From Minisyncoccia bacterium (GTDB taxonomy: Bacteria; Patescibacteriota; Minisyncoccia; Phycocordibacterales; Phycocordibacteraceae), in contig JBAQPM010000002.1 in NCBI GenBank assembly GCA_049305795.1, forward strand, positions 20,316-84,315: a stretch of 64,000 bases of DNA, given 5' to 3'. The notes under the pieces were generated by a model. It was not told where the DNA came from. It worked only from the letters and a program-made list of their open reading frames with translations, and ran no database searches. Below are positions 28,457-36,521 of the stretch, piece after piece. The position numbers were made by a program, and so were the translations under genes. Numbering within the stretch: the stretch's first letter is position 1; every line of letters starts with the position of its first letter.

Positions 28457-28678
28457 TTATTTCAAGAAATAGTTAATCTCCTTTTTATATATCTTCGCAA
28501 AACGCTGGAGTTCAATGACATCGACTCTCTGCTGACCTGATTCAACATTTGAGATATGGGACTGAGGACGACCTATCTTCTTAGCTGCTTGAACCTGAGT
28601 TAAACCAGCCTCTAAACGAGCCGCCTTAAGTCTTTCCACAAAGATGGCATATTCTTTCGTCTGGTTCGACTTCTTCAT
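28457..28678 (-). CDS. XRE-family (Cro/CI-type) helix-turn-helix transcriptional regulator
   Basis: LKAARLEAGLTQVQAAKKIGRPQSHISNVESGQQRV canonical HTH_XRE. Confidence 0.75.
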   Translation of the reverse strand: MKKSNQTKEYAIFVERLKAARLEAGLTQVQAAKKIGRPQSHISNVESGQQRVDVIELQRFAKIYKKEINYFLK

Positions 28679-28705
28679 ACACTAAAGGGTGTATCCAAGA
28701 AGTCA

Positions 28706-28724
28706 ATATCCAAACTTTGGATAT
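28706..28724. promoter_or_regulatory. Perfect 19-bp palindromic operator ATATCCAAA-C-TTTGGATAT in the divergent promoter region, with an extra TATCCAAGA half-site at 28692
   Basis: Read directly; located 28 nt upstream of the XRE start on the minus strand and 19 nt before the plus-strand gene. Confidence 0.45.
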
Positions 28725-28742
28725 TATTATATATTCTTCCAT

Positions 28743-29240
28743 ATGAGTACAACACCCGTTCCAGACAAGAAGACCTTTACGAAAGGGGAGGGCATTACCG
28801 CAATTATTGTTGTCTTAATTTTCTGCTTAGTCTTTTGGCAAGCAATTACATCAGTACCGAAGTCTGATACTTCAGTCCCCGTAGTAGCTCAGCCCGTTTC
28901 TACCCAGAACATTGTCGTCACGAGCCAGATAGTCAAAGCTGTTGGAGGGAAGTACCGATACTTCTTCGATATTAGGAACGAGGACAATAAGCCGTTTTCT
29001 GGCGAGGTAGGTATCGAGCTTGATAAGTCGAATGGTGAACACGTTTACGACGATTCCTTTTCGACGAATCAACCTATCCAGCCCGGAGTCGGTACTAGCC
29101 AGTTTGTTGAGACATACACCGGACCTGTCTCGGTTCATGGTTCGGACGGAGTACAGACATTCAAGTACACGGTAAAGAGTGGAGGTTCCGTGATTAAGAC
29201 AGGACAAGGGACGATATCTACCAAGCTCGAAAGCTATTAA
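28743..29240 (+). CDS. Membrane-anchored secreted hypothetical protein (165 aa)
   Basis: ATG at 28743; MSTTPVPDKK...ITAIIVVLIFCLVFWQAI signal anchor; divergent from the XRE gene. Confidence 0.45.
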   Translation: MSTTPVPDKKTFTKGEGITAIIVVLIFCLVFWQAITSVPKSDTSVPVVAQPVSTQNIVVTSQIVKAVGGKYRYFFDIRNEDNKPFSGEVGIELDKSNGEHVYDDSFSTNQPIQPGVGTSQFVETYTGPVSVHGSDGVQTFKYTVKSGGSVIKTGQGTISTKLESY

Positions 29241-29664
29241 GGCCTCGCGTGGGTCCCCACGTTCCTACGAGAGAAGCTTTGATGAGTAAGAGGTAATAAT
29301 CCTTATCGGTTAAGAGGAAACAGGTCGTCCAGGCCTGTTTTTCATTTTGAGGGTGTGGATAACCACTCTGAGTACCTTACCTACTTCATTGAGTGTTTAA
29401 GCCATTTTCTAAAATTGAATCTTCCATGTTTCGCCATGTGCGTCTATATATTTCCATACATTTCTACGTGTACGTCAAGAGAATACGATGCTAGTTTCAG
29501 AATTAGAGATTTCGAATACGAAGTCTCTGCTTATTAACGGCTTGACGGCTTAAAAGATAAAAACGTATGGAAACAGATGATATTCAGATTGAAGTAAACA
29601 ACGAAGAGGAAGTGACAGGGGATGTGTTCAACTTCGAACCTTTCTAGCCTTGCTTCACTAGATT

Positions 29665-29868
29665 ATGAAAACTACTCGTGATCCTCCAGTTCTTCGCTGG
29701 AGAGAAGATAGCCTCAAGGATTTCCAAAGCATCTATCAAGAAGTGTATGGGGAATTACTAGAAGAGGAGGGGCTGGAGCAAGCGGCTCGGTATCTTATCA
29801 ATCTCTACACCAGCACCTACGGTAAACCACCATTAATAGAAAAACACTATCCCTATGACCACATCTGA
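29665..29868 (+). CDS. Hypothetical protein (67 aa)
   Basis: ORF only; first of three overlapping small genes resembling a phage early region. Confidence 0.3.
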   Translation: MKTTRDPPVLRWREDSLKDFQSIYQEVYGELLEEEGLEQAARYLINLYTSTYGKPPLIEKHYPYDHI

Positions 29869-30127
29869 CGCGAAAGACCTTCTAACCAGCCAACTAGAGT
29901 TCATAAACGAACTTGTTATGGATGATGGTCGAAACGAAGCCATGTACGTCTACTCACTGGATGCAATAGAGCAGATGAGGTACGACAACTTCGAAACCAT
30001 CAGAGTACATCTCAATGCTCTACAGAGAATGCTTTCAGAGAAGCAACGCGAAATCGTTATTGCTCGTCGCCTAGTCGCTTTCATTAGCACGGGCAAAGAG
30101 ACTCCTGTCTATGAATACGCCGCTTAG
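29855..30127 (+). CDS. Hypothetical protein (90 aa)
   Basis: Overlaps neighbours by 14 and 17 nt. Confidence 0.3.
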   Translation: MTTSDAKDLLTSQLEFINELVMDDGRNEAMYVYSLDAIEQMRYDNFETIRVHLNALQRMLSEKQREIVIARRLVAFISTGKETPVYEYAA

Positions 30128-30524
30128 ATTCCCAGGATTCGACACGAGATACAACGGAAACTACGAGAGAAACTTCTTCATGTATCCAAACATCTTGTCA
30201 GAATACTGGTGTCAGTTGTCTGGCTCTGAGCAAAAGGTTCTCGATTTTATTCTCCGACAAACAATTGGGTGGAGGAAATCCTACGACAGGATTGCCCTTA
30301 GTCAGTTTGTAAATGGAGTGGGGGAGAGCAATCGAGGAACGGGTCTCTCAACCTCACAGGTCCATAGAGCAATTAAATCTCTGGAAGAGAAAGGATTCAT
30401 TGAAGTAAAAAGAAACAAGAATCGTCCAAGCACCTTTAGCCTTGTTCTGGTTCCGGAAGAGGAAGAAGTGAAAGCTGAAGACTTCAAGGCTTTCGATGCA
30501 TTCAAAGATGTCCGTTGGATATAA
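30111..30524 (+). CDS. Winged-helix replication-initiator or replisome-organizer-like protein (phage/plasmid type)
   Basis: SGSEQKVLDFILRQTIGW...GLSTSQVHRAIKSLEEKGFIEVKR resembles DnaD/phage replication protein N-terminal wHTH; acidic tail. Confidence 0.4.
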   Translation: MNTPLRFPGFDTRYNGNYERNFFMYPNILSEYWCQLSGSEQKVLDFILRQTIGWRKSYDRIALSQFVNGVGESNRGTGLSTSQVHRAIKSLEEKGFIEVKRNKNRPSTFSLVLVPEEEEVKAEDFKAFDAFKDVRWI

Positions 30525-30772
30525 AAACTATGTTCATTCTGGAATAAACCATATCCATCAAGAACATGTCCTCCAATCAAGACGACTATGAATCATTATC
30601 AAAACTAGCAACACAATATAGATACATAACAAAAGACAAGACAACATTCTGACTTTCTGACGAAAGTCATTCCACTGGAAATTAAATTAAGTCTGGTACC
30701 AGAAGTTCTATACATATTGAACGTGAACTATATGTACTTTTGGAACGTGCCTAATACGATTTTATTACCAGC

Positions 30773-30982
30773 ATGAACAGCATAGAAGACCTCAGGGACT
30801 ACGTTATCGCAGATGTCATCCGCCAGGTTGAGTCCATGTCGCGGGAGGAGTTAGTGCAGACACTCGTATTGATTTGCACCACGCCTCTCGAAAAGATGGA
30901 CGCAAACGAATTGCTGGAATTCAGACAGACCTACTCAAAACTTTGGCCATTAAAATCACATGCACAGGGAAGATCAGGATAA
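30773..30982 (+). CDS. Hypothetical protein (69 aa)
   Basis: ORF only; overlaps the recombinase start by 23 nt. Confidence 0.25.
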   Translation: MNSIEDLRDYVIADVIRQVESMSREELVQTLVLICTTPLEKMDANELLEFRQTYSKLWPLKSHAQGRSG

Positions 30983-32726
30983 AGGGCTTAAATATGTTCT
31001 CTATGCCAGACGTTCGATAAAAGCGAACAGGACTGAGGAGGATAGAGGGGTCCCCTCGATTATGTCTCAGCTAACTGAGGTGAGGGAGATTGCAGACCAG
31101 AGAGGGTTAAAAATCGTTAAGGAATTCACGGAGACAGAATCAGCTAGTGAACCCTTTCAACGGCCAGAGTTTACGGAGATGATTGAATTCATCAAGGCAG
31201 GAAAAGCTAATGCCATCCTCTGCTTTAAAATGGACCGACTGGCACGCAACTCGGTAGACGAGGGCATAATCAAGCATCTGCTCCAGAAGGGAGTCATCCA
31301 GAACATTCGGTCTTCTGACCGAAGCTGGTACTCGGACGACCATACGCTTATTTGGTCTGTGGAGTTTGGTACATCAACGCAGTATTCCCGCGACCTCAAG
31401 AAGCATATTAAGAGAGGACAGATGGAGGCACTACGTCGTGGCTTCAGGCCGTGCCTCGCACCAATTGGCTACAAGAACACAAAGTACCGAGAGAAGGGGA
31501 AACCAGAGGTGTGTGAGATAGATGAGCACAATGCTGTGCTCATAAAGAAGATATTCAAACTCGTACTTTCACGGCAGTACACACCCTTTCAGGTATATAT
31601 GCTTTCGGTAAAGGAATGGGGAATGAGAGCGCGTAAGACGAGCAGAAACCCGAATGGAAGGCCGTTGTCTTTGCATGGCTTCTATAACATTCTCAACAAC
31701 TCCTTTTATTACGGTGAGTTCACCTGGTCCGTTAGGAATGGAGAGAAGGATGCCGAAATCATCACCTATCAAGGTACTCACGAACCGCTAATCAGTCGTG
31801 CTGAATTCGATGAGGTACAGAGGCTGCTTGGAAAGAAAGGGAAGCCTCGTAATATCACTCATGTTCATACCTACACAGGACTCATGCGTTGTGGTGCATG
31901 TGGGGCGCGTATCACTTGCGAGAAGAAGATAAAGACGCAGATGAATGGGAATGTTCACGAATACTCCTACTACCGATGCACAGGACAGATAAACAAGGAC
32001 TGCAAACAGAAGTCTGTGACGGAAAAGCAACTGGAAGTCGTATTCACTGACTTCCTATCCTCAATCCGAATAGACGCTCGGTTCCACGAGTGGGCTATGA
32101 CTGAACTCAAAAGCGAATATGAAAAGGAATCCAATGATAAGGACTCTATCCTCTACAAGCAGGAACGAGCACTCAAGGCCACACAGCAGCAGCTAACGAC
32201 CCTCTTTGAGATGAGGCTGGCAAGTGAGATTGAGGGTGATGAGTATAAGGAACGTAGAGCAACCCTTGAAGCAGAGGAGCGAAGACTGAAAGTTGAAATC
32301 GAGTCAGTGGACCAGCGATTCAAGACCTGGATAGATGATGCAGAACGCCTTATGACTTTTGCTGAACGAGCGACAGAACAGTTCCAAAAGGGAGGACAAC
32401 AGGAGAAGCGAGCAATTATTGCAGCTCTTGGAGATGAGCATGTTCTCGACCAGGGAATACTTACTATGAATACGGAAAAACCAGTACAGGTTCTACTGGA
32501 AGCAAGCTCACTCGGTATTCCATTAGAACCTCCAAATAAGGAGGAAGAATATACACAAAAAGACCCTTTCGGGTCCTTTCATGAAACTAGGTGGAGGTGG
32601 GGAGAATTGAACCCCCGTCCGAATCTTTCACAAGAAAATGTTTCTACGACGCATAGCCGGTATTGGTGTTTCGGCAGGAATATAAGAACACCGGCAAAAG
32701 CATTCCTACCTGATCCCGGGGTTTAA
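30960..32726 (+). CDS. Large serine recombinase (integrase); C-terminal ~45 codons read antisense through the 3' end of tmRNA
   Basis: N-terminal resolvase domain with catalytic Ser in YVLYARRS, recombinase domain, CGACGARITC zinc ribbon, coiled-coil region QERALKATQQQLTTLFEM. Confidence 0.85.
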   Translation: MHREDQDKGLKYVLYARRSIKANRTEEDRGVPSIMSQLTEVREIADQRGLKIVKEFTETESASEPFQRPEFTEMIEFIKAGKANAILCFKMDRLARNSVDEGIIKHLLQKGVIQNIRSSDRSWYSDDHTLIWSVEFGTSTQYSRDLKKHIKRGQMEALRRGFRPCLAPIGYKNTKYREKGKPEVCEIDEHNAVLIKKIFKLVLSRQYTPFQVYMLSVKEWGMRARKTSRNPNGRPLSLHGFYNILNNSFYYGEFTWSVRNGEKDAEIITYQGTHEPLISRAEFDEVQRLLGKKGKPRNITHVHTYTGLMRCGACGARITCEKKIKTQMNGNVHEYSYYRCTGQINKDCKQKSVTEKQLEVVFTDFLSSIRIDARFHEWAMTELKSEYEKESNDKDSILYKQERALKATQQQLTTLFEMRLASEIEGDEYKERRATLEAEERRLKVEIESVDQRFKTWIDDAERLMTFAERATEQFQKGGQQEKRAIIAALGDEHVLDQGILTMNTEKPVQVLLEASSLGIPLEPPNKEEEYTQKDPFGSFHETRWRWGELNPRPNLSQENVSTTHSRYWCFGRNIRTPAKAFLPDPGV

Positions 32727-32998
32727 ACGCGGTGCGTGGGAAGTGCACTGCATCGATCTCATAGAAGATTCCGCCCGCTCCTTCCGCTATGAGAGCCGGG
32801 AAGGGCGAACGTCGCTTAGGTGAAAGGTTCTTACGCCTTGACGTAAGCGAACGCGAAATCATTCATACCGAAGTATGGTGACTTCACGCTTGCAAGAGTG
32901 TTCTTGGCAAGTTTAGTGCCTCACGGATTTAGGTGTCGTTGAGGCAAGCACCGCGTCGCGCATTTTCAAGGAACAGACCGTCGAAACCGGTCACCCCC
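32590..32998 (-). ncRNA. ssrA: tmRNA (transfer-messenger RNA)
   Basis: Minus-strand 5' end GGGGGTGACCGGTTTCGACGG and 3' end GGACGGGGGTTCAATTCTCCCCACCTCCACC match the tmRNA tRNA-like domain (compare E. coli GGGGCUGAUUCUGGAUUCGACGG ... GGACGCGGGUUCAACUCCCGCCAGCUCCACCA); adjacent smpB. Confidence 0.8.
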
Positions 32999-33040
32999 GA
33001 ACTCCACTGTTTCAGGAGAAACAGTGGAGTTCGGGAGGGA

Positions 33041-33490
33041 TCAGACTTTTCTCTTTAGCACGCGTGCCGCCTCTCTCTTTGCGTCCTGACGTTTGAGATC
33101 TTCTCTCCTGTCAGCTTTTCCTTTTCCGCGCACAATGGCCACGCGCACCTTGAGTAGTCTCCCTTTATTATACACCTCAATTGGCACTGTTGTCAAGCCC
33201 TTCTTGGATTCGGCATCTGCAAGCTCCGCTATTTCGCTTTTGTTTAGGAGAAGCCGGCGGTTTCTTGCCGGATCATAGTCTTTTGGCGTATTACTTGCCT
33301 GAAATGGAGGAATGGTGGCGCCCACGAGGTAGGCTTCGCCACCTCGCACGACGATGCGCGAGCCATCAAGTGAGCCTTGTTTATCGCGAAGCGACTTCAC
33401 TTCATAGCCAAAAAGCTCAAGCCCCGCTTCAAATTCCTTGAGGCGTTCAAACTTAAGTCCTGCTTTTTTGTATTCTATGAATGTCCCCAT
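33041..33490 (-). CDS. smpB: SsrA-binding protein SmpB
   Basis: FEAGLELFGYEVKSLRDKQGSLDGS...NRRLLLNKSEI matches SmpB; likely ATG at 33490 (MGTFIEYKK). Confidence 0.85.
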   Translation of the reverse strand: MGTFIEYKKAGLKFERLKEFEAGLELFGYEVKSLRDKQGSLDGSRIVVRGGEAYLVGATIPPFQASNTPKDYDPARNRRLLLNKSEIAELADAESKKGLTTVPIEVYNKGRLLKVRVAIVRGKGKADRREDLKRQDAKREAARVLKRKV

Positions 33491-35454
33491 ATTTTGGAAG
33501 TCTACGCACTCCATTGTATAGTGCAAATCTAATGGCACCCACACCAAACGGAAAGTCTTCGGATAAGAAAGGGAAGAAGGGCGCGCCCCGTGGCGCGCGT
33601 GATCCTCGTCGCTTTCTCCCTGCAGGGGGTACCGGCTTCACGGGTAACCTTCTTTCGACCATCCTCATCTTCCTCATCTTGATGAGCCTCTATACCTTCA
33701 TTGCCACCAACCACCAGAAAAAGGAGGAAGTTTCACTTTCCCAAGTTGCTTCCGATGTGAAAGCCGGACAGGTAGAGACGATTAAAGTATCTGGCAACTC
33801 GCTTCTTCTCACCTATACCGGCAGCGTCCAGAAGACTGCCATGAAAGACCCTTCTGCGGGACTTCCTGAAACACTTGCCACCTATGGAGTTACTTCCGAC
33901 CAACTTTCCAAAGTCGCGCTTACCATCGCAAGCGAATCGGGTTGGCGGTTTTGGCTTGAAGCACTCGCCCCATTCCTCCTTCCTTTGATATTCCTTGGAG
34001 TATTGTTTTGGTTTCTTACACGCCAAGTGCGTGGCGCTGGCATGCAGGCGTTTACTTTTGGACAATCCAAAGCACGCATGATTGATCCGGCCGACACTTC
34101 GCAGCGCGTCACCTTTGCGGATGTCGCAGGTGCGAAAGAAGCAAAAGAAGAATTGGTTGAAATCGTCGACTTCCTCAAGAATCCTAAAAAATTCCTCGAC
34201 ATCGGTGCGCGCATTCCAAAAGGCATTCTGCTCATGGGTGCGCCGGGCACCGGAAAGACACTTCTTGCTCGCGCCGTTGCGGGCGAAGCGGGTGTGCCAT
34301 TCTATTCAATTTCTGGTTCTGAATTCGTTGAGATGTTCGTCGGCGTCGGCGCTTCGCGCGTGCGCGACCTTTTCCAAATGGCGAAACGCTCCGCTCCTTC
34401 CATTATTTTTGTGGACGAAATAGACGCCGTGGGCCGTGTTCGTGGCGGCGGGGTGGGTGGCGGAAACGATGAGCGTGAACAAACTTTAAACCAAATCCTT
34501 GTTGAAATGGACGGTTTTGAGCCGACAGAAAAAGTCATTGTCATGGCGGCATCAAACCGCCCGGATGTTCTTGACCCCGCACTTCTTCGCCCAGGTCGCT
34601 TTGACCGCCGCGTGGTGATAGATCTTCCAGACCGCAAAGACCGCGAAGAGATTTTGAAAATACACGCACGCAAGAAGCCTTTTGGTCCTGACGTGACCCT
34701 TGAAGTGGTTGCAGAGCGCACTCCAGGTTTTTCGGGTGCGGAGCTTTACTCGCTTATGAACGAGGCAGCGATTCTCGCAGCGCGTGAAAGCCGCAAAGAA
34801 ATCACCCAGTATGATCTCATTCGCTCTATTGAAAAAGTGATGCTTGGTCCAGAGCGAAAGAGTCATCTTCTTTCGAAAAAAGAAAAAGAACTCACGGCAT
34901 ACCACGAAGCAGGCCATGCCCTCGTGTCTTCGGTCCTTCCTCATGCGGACCCGGTCCATAAAATTTCAATCATCTCGCGCGGCCGCGCAGCGGGGTACAC
35001 GCTCAAACTCCCTTTTGAAGATAAAAAAATGCAATCGAGAAAACAATTTCTGGACGACATTGCGGCCACTCTTGGCGGGTATGTAGCAGAAGAAATGGTT
35101 TTTGGAGACCTTACCACTGGTCCTTCAAACGACCTTGCCGTTATCACCGCACTTGCGCGCGACATGGTCTCTCGCTACGGCATGTCTGACACCCTTGGTC
35201 CTGTTGCTTTTGCGGCCGACCGCGAGCTTGGTGGGGGAGCATACTCGCAAGACATTGCAGCGAAGATCGATTCGGAAGTTTCGCGCATTCTCGAAGAGGG
35301 CAAAAAACGCGCGCACCAGGTGTTGCTTGATCACCGCAAAGCACTTGATTCAATCGCCATAAAACTCGTAGAGGTGGAAACCATCGAGCGCGAAGAATTT
35401 GAAAAGCTTCTTGTGCTGAACGGCATTACGCCGAAAGTGAGAGAGACAGAATAA
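33481..35454 (+). CDS. ftsH: ATP-dependent zinc metalloprotease FtsH (true start possibly ATG at 33532)
   Basis: Two N-terminal TM helices, Walker [17 protein letters not shown] zinc motif. Confidence 0.9.
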   Translation: MSPYFGSLRTPLYSANLMAPTPNGKSSDKKGKKGAPRGARDPRRFLPAGGTGFTGNLLSTILIFLILMSLYTFIATNHQKKEEVSLSQVASDVKAGQVETIKVSGNSLLLTYTGSVQKTAMKDPSAGLPETLATYGVTSDQLSKVALTIASESGWRFWLEALAPFLLPLIFLGVLFWFLTRQVRGAGMQAFTFGQSKARMIDPADTSQRVTFADVAGAKEAKEELVEIVDFLKNPKKFLDIGARIPKGILLMGAPGTGKTLLARAVAGEAGVPFYSISGSEFVEMFVGVGASRVRDLFQMAKRSAPSIIFVDEIDAVGRVRGGGVGGGNDEREQTLNQILVEMDGFEPTEKVIVMAASNRPDVLDPALLRPGRFDRRVVIDLPDRKDREEILKIHARKKPFGPDVTLEVVAERTPGFSGAELYSLMNEAAILAARESRKEITQYDLIRSIEKVMLGPERKSHLLSKKEKELTAYHEAGHALVSSVLPHADPVHKISIISRGRAAGYTLKLPFEDKKMQSRKQFLDDIAATLGGYVAEEMVFGDLTTGPSNDLAVITALARDMVSRYGMSDTLGPVAFAADRELGGGAYSQDIAAKIDSEVSRILEEGKKRAHQVLLDHRKALDSIAIKLVEVETIEREEFEKLLVLNGITPKVRETE

Positions 35455-35470
35455 TAAGCGTACAAAATTT

Positions 35471-35502
35471 AAAACCGCGTCGGAGGATCCGACGCGGTTT
35501 TG
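35471..35502. terminator. Bidirectional terminator between ftsH and a small convergent gene
   Basis: AAAACCGCGTCGGA-GGATCC-GACGCGGTTTT. Confidence 0.6.
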
Positions 35503-35504
35503 TT

Positions 35505-35672
35505 TCATAGGCGCTGACCGTAGCGGTCGAGCACCGAGCTGCCATCGGGATCGACGTACGTTTTGCGCTTCGGATCGTAACGAAGTCCCAGTTTCTTTGC
35601 CGCCTCCTTGTTGTTCGGATATTGCGGAGAAAAGTCTGGGTCGATTTGAACTTTTTTGGGCTCATCAGGCAT
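35505..35672 (-). CDS. Small basic hypothetical protein (55 aa)
   Basis: ATG at 35672 preceded by GGAGAGGTG Shine-Dalgarno sequence; MPDEPKKVQIDPDFSPQYPNNKEAAKKLGLRYD. Confidence 0.35.
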   Translation of the reverse strand: MPDEPKKVQIDPDFSPQYPNNKEAAKKLGLRYDPKRKTYVDPDGSSVLDRYGQRL

Positions 35673-35807
35673 TGCACCTCTCCTTCGTAATACACCGCAA
35701 TCCTGCGAATGCTTCTGCCGAAAAACTATCACGTTAGATCTGAAATGCACAGCGTCTACAAAAGGTGTAAAGTAGGCACGTGCATAAAATGTTTTTTGAG
35801 TGAGAAA

Positions 35808-35880
35808 ACCGCCCCTAGCTCAATGGTTAGAGCACCGAGCTTATACCTCGGCGGTTCTTGGTTCGAGTCCAAGGGGGCGG
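35808..35880 (+). tRNA. tRNA with anticodon UAU (predicted tRNA-Ile reading AUA)
   Basis: Cloverleaf folded by hand: acceptor CCGCCCC/GGGGCGG, D-stem GCTC/GAGC, anticodon stem CCGAG/CTCGG with loop CTTATAC, T-arm CTTGG-TTCGAGT-CCAAG, discriminator A; CCA not encoded. Confidence 0.7.
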
Positions 35881-35977
35881 ACTGATATATAGGTTCACTT
35901 TGTAATTTCCTTATCTGTGTGACATAGTGCCGCGAGATTCATTGTAGTGTTCATACTAGACAAGGGAGGGAAAGGTA

Positions 35978-36457
35978 ATGGTAGACACAAACATCGTGCA
36001 AGCCGAGTTTTTTGGCGCAGAGTCGCATCCAGGCGACTCTCGCATAAAAACTGTCGTAAGATTTTTTGACGATGACAATTCGGTAACGAAACTCATCGTC
36101 AAACTTGGACACAGGCAACAGAAAGGTTGGACATTATTCTATGCCTTGTTCGAATCCAAAGGCATACGGCATCTTGTGTTTAGGATTCGGTACCGCCTAT
36201 TCTCTTTTTTCTTTCCAGATCTAAGTCAAAAGCAGTTGGCTGCTTTCATTGCGAAACGCTTTAAGAAAGCGGCCGAGCGGTCAACGGTCGCGATACAGTG
36301 CCGAGACTACTCCTTTCGCGGTGTGCAGAAAGAAGAACTGCAAAAACTCACCAAGTCGGTATGTGGAGCGAAAGGAGTCTGGATTCTTGTTCATCGTCCA
36401 AATGACTTGATGTCCGATTCTAACCGCACGCTCTACTACCTCATGTATGGATTGTGA
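35978..36457 (+). CDS. Hypothetical protein (159 aa)
   Basis: Strong RBS GGAGGGAAAGG before ATG; no homology recognised. Confidence 0.4.
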   Translation: MVDTNIVQAEFFGAESHPGDSRIKTVVRFFDDDNSVTKLIVKLGHRQQKGWTLFYALFESKGIRHLVFRIRYRLFSFFFPDLSQKQLAAFIAKRFKKAAERSTVAIQCRDYSFRGVQKEELQKLTKSVCGAKGVWILVHRPNDLMSDSNRTLYYLMYGL

Positions 36458-36467
36458 GGTTGCACAA

Positions 36468-36505
36468 ATAACTCGTCGAGCAAACTGCTCGACGAGTTTT
36501 CGTTT
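36468..36505. terminator. Bidirectional terminator between convergent hypothetical genes
   Basis: ACTCGTCGAGCA-AACTG-CTCGACGAGT plus TTTCG. Confidence 0.55.
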
Positions 36506-36521
36506 GGATTAGGGTATCTAA

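Larger units (their letters stand above)
25000..32726. mobile_element. Integrative genomic island (phage- or ICE-like remnant) inserted next to the 3' end of tmRNA; left boundary approximate
   Basis: Visibly more AT-rich than flanks; large serine recombinase at right end reading into ssrA; XRE repressor plus operator; wHTH replication-initiator-like gene; cargo ORFs without housekeeping homology. Confidence 0.55.

Noticed and set aside
32644-32862. 72-aa minus-strand ORF
   Set aside because: Lies inside the tmRNA gene; it is RNA, not protein-coding, although one of its frames may include the real tag-peptide codons.
33733-34721. Several 110-139-aa minus-strand ORFs
   Set aside because: Antisense to ftsH, which carries Walker A and HEAGH motifs in the plus frame.
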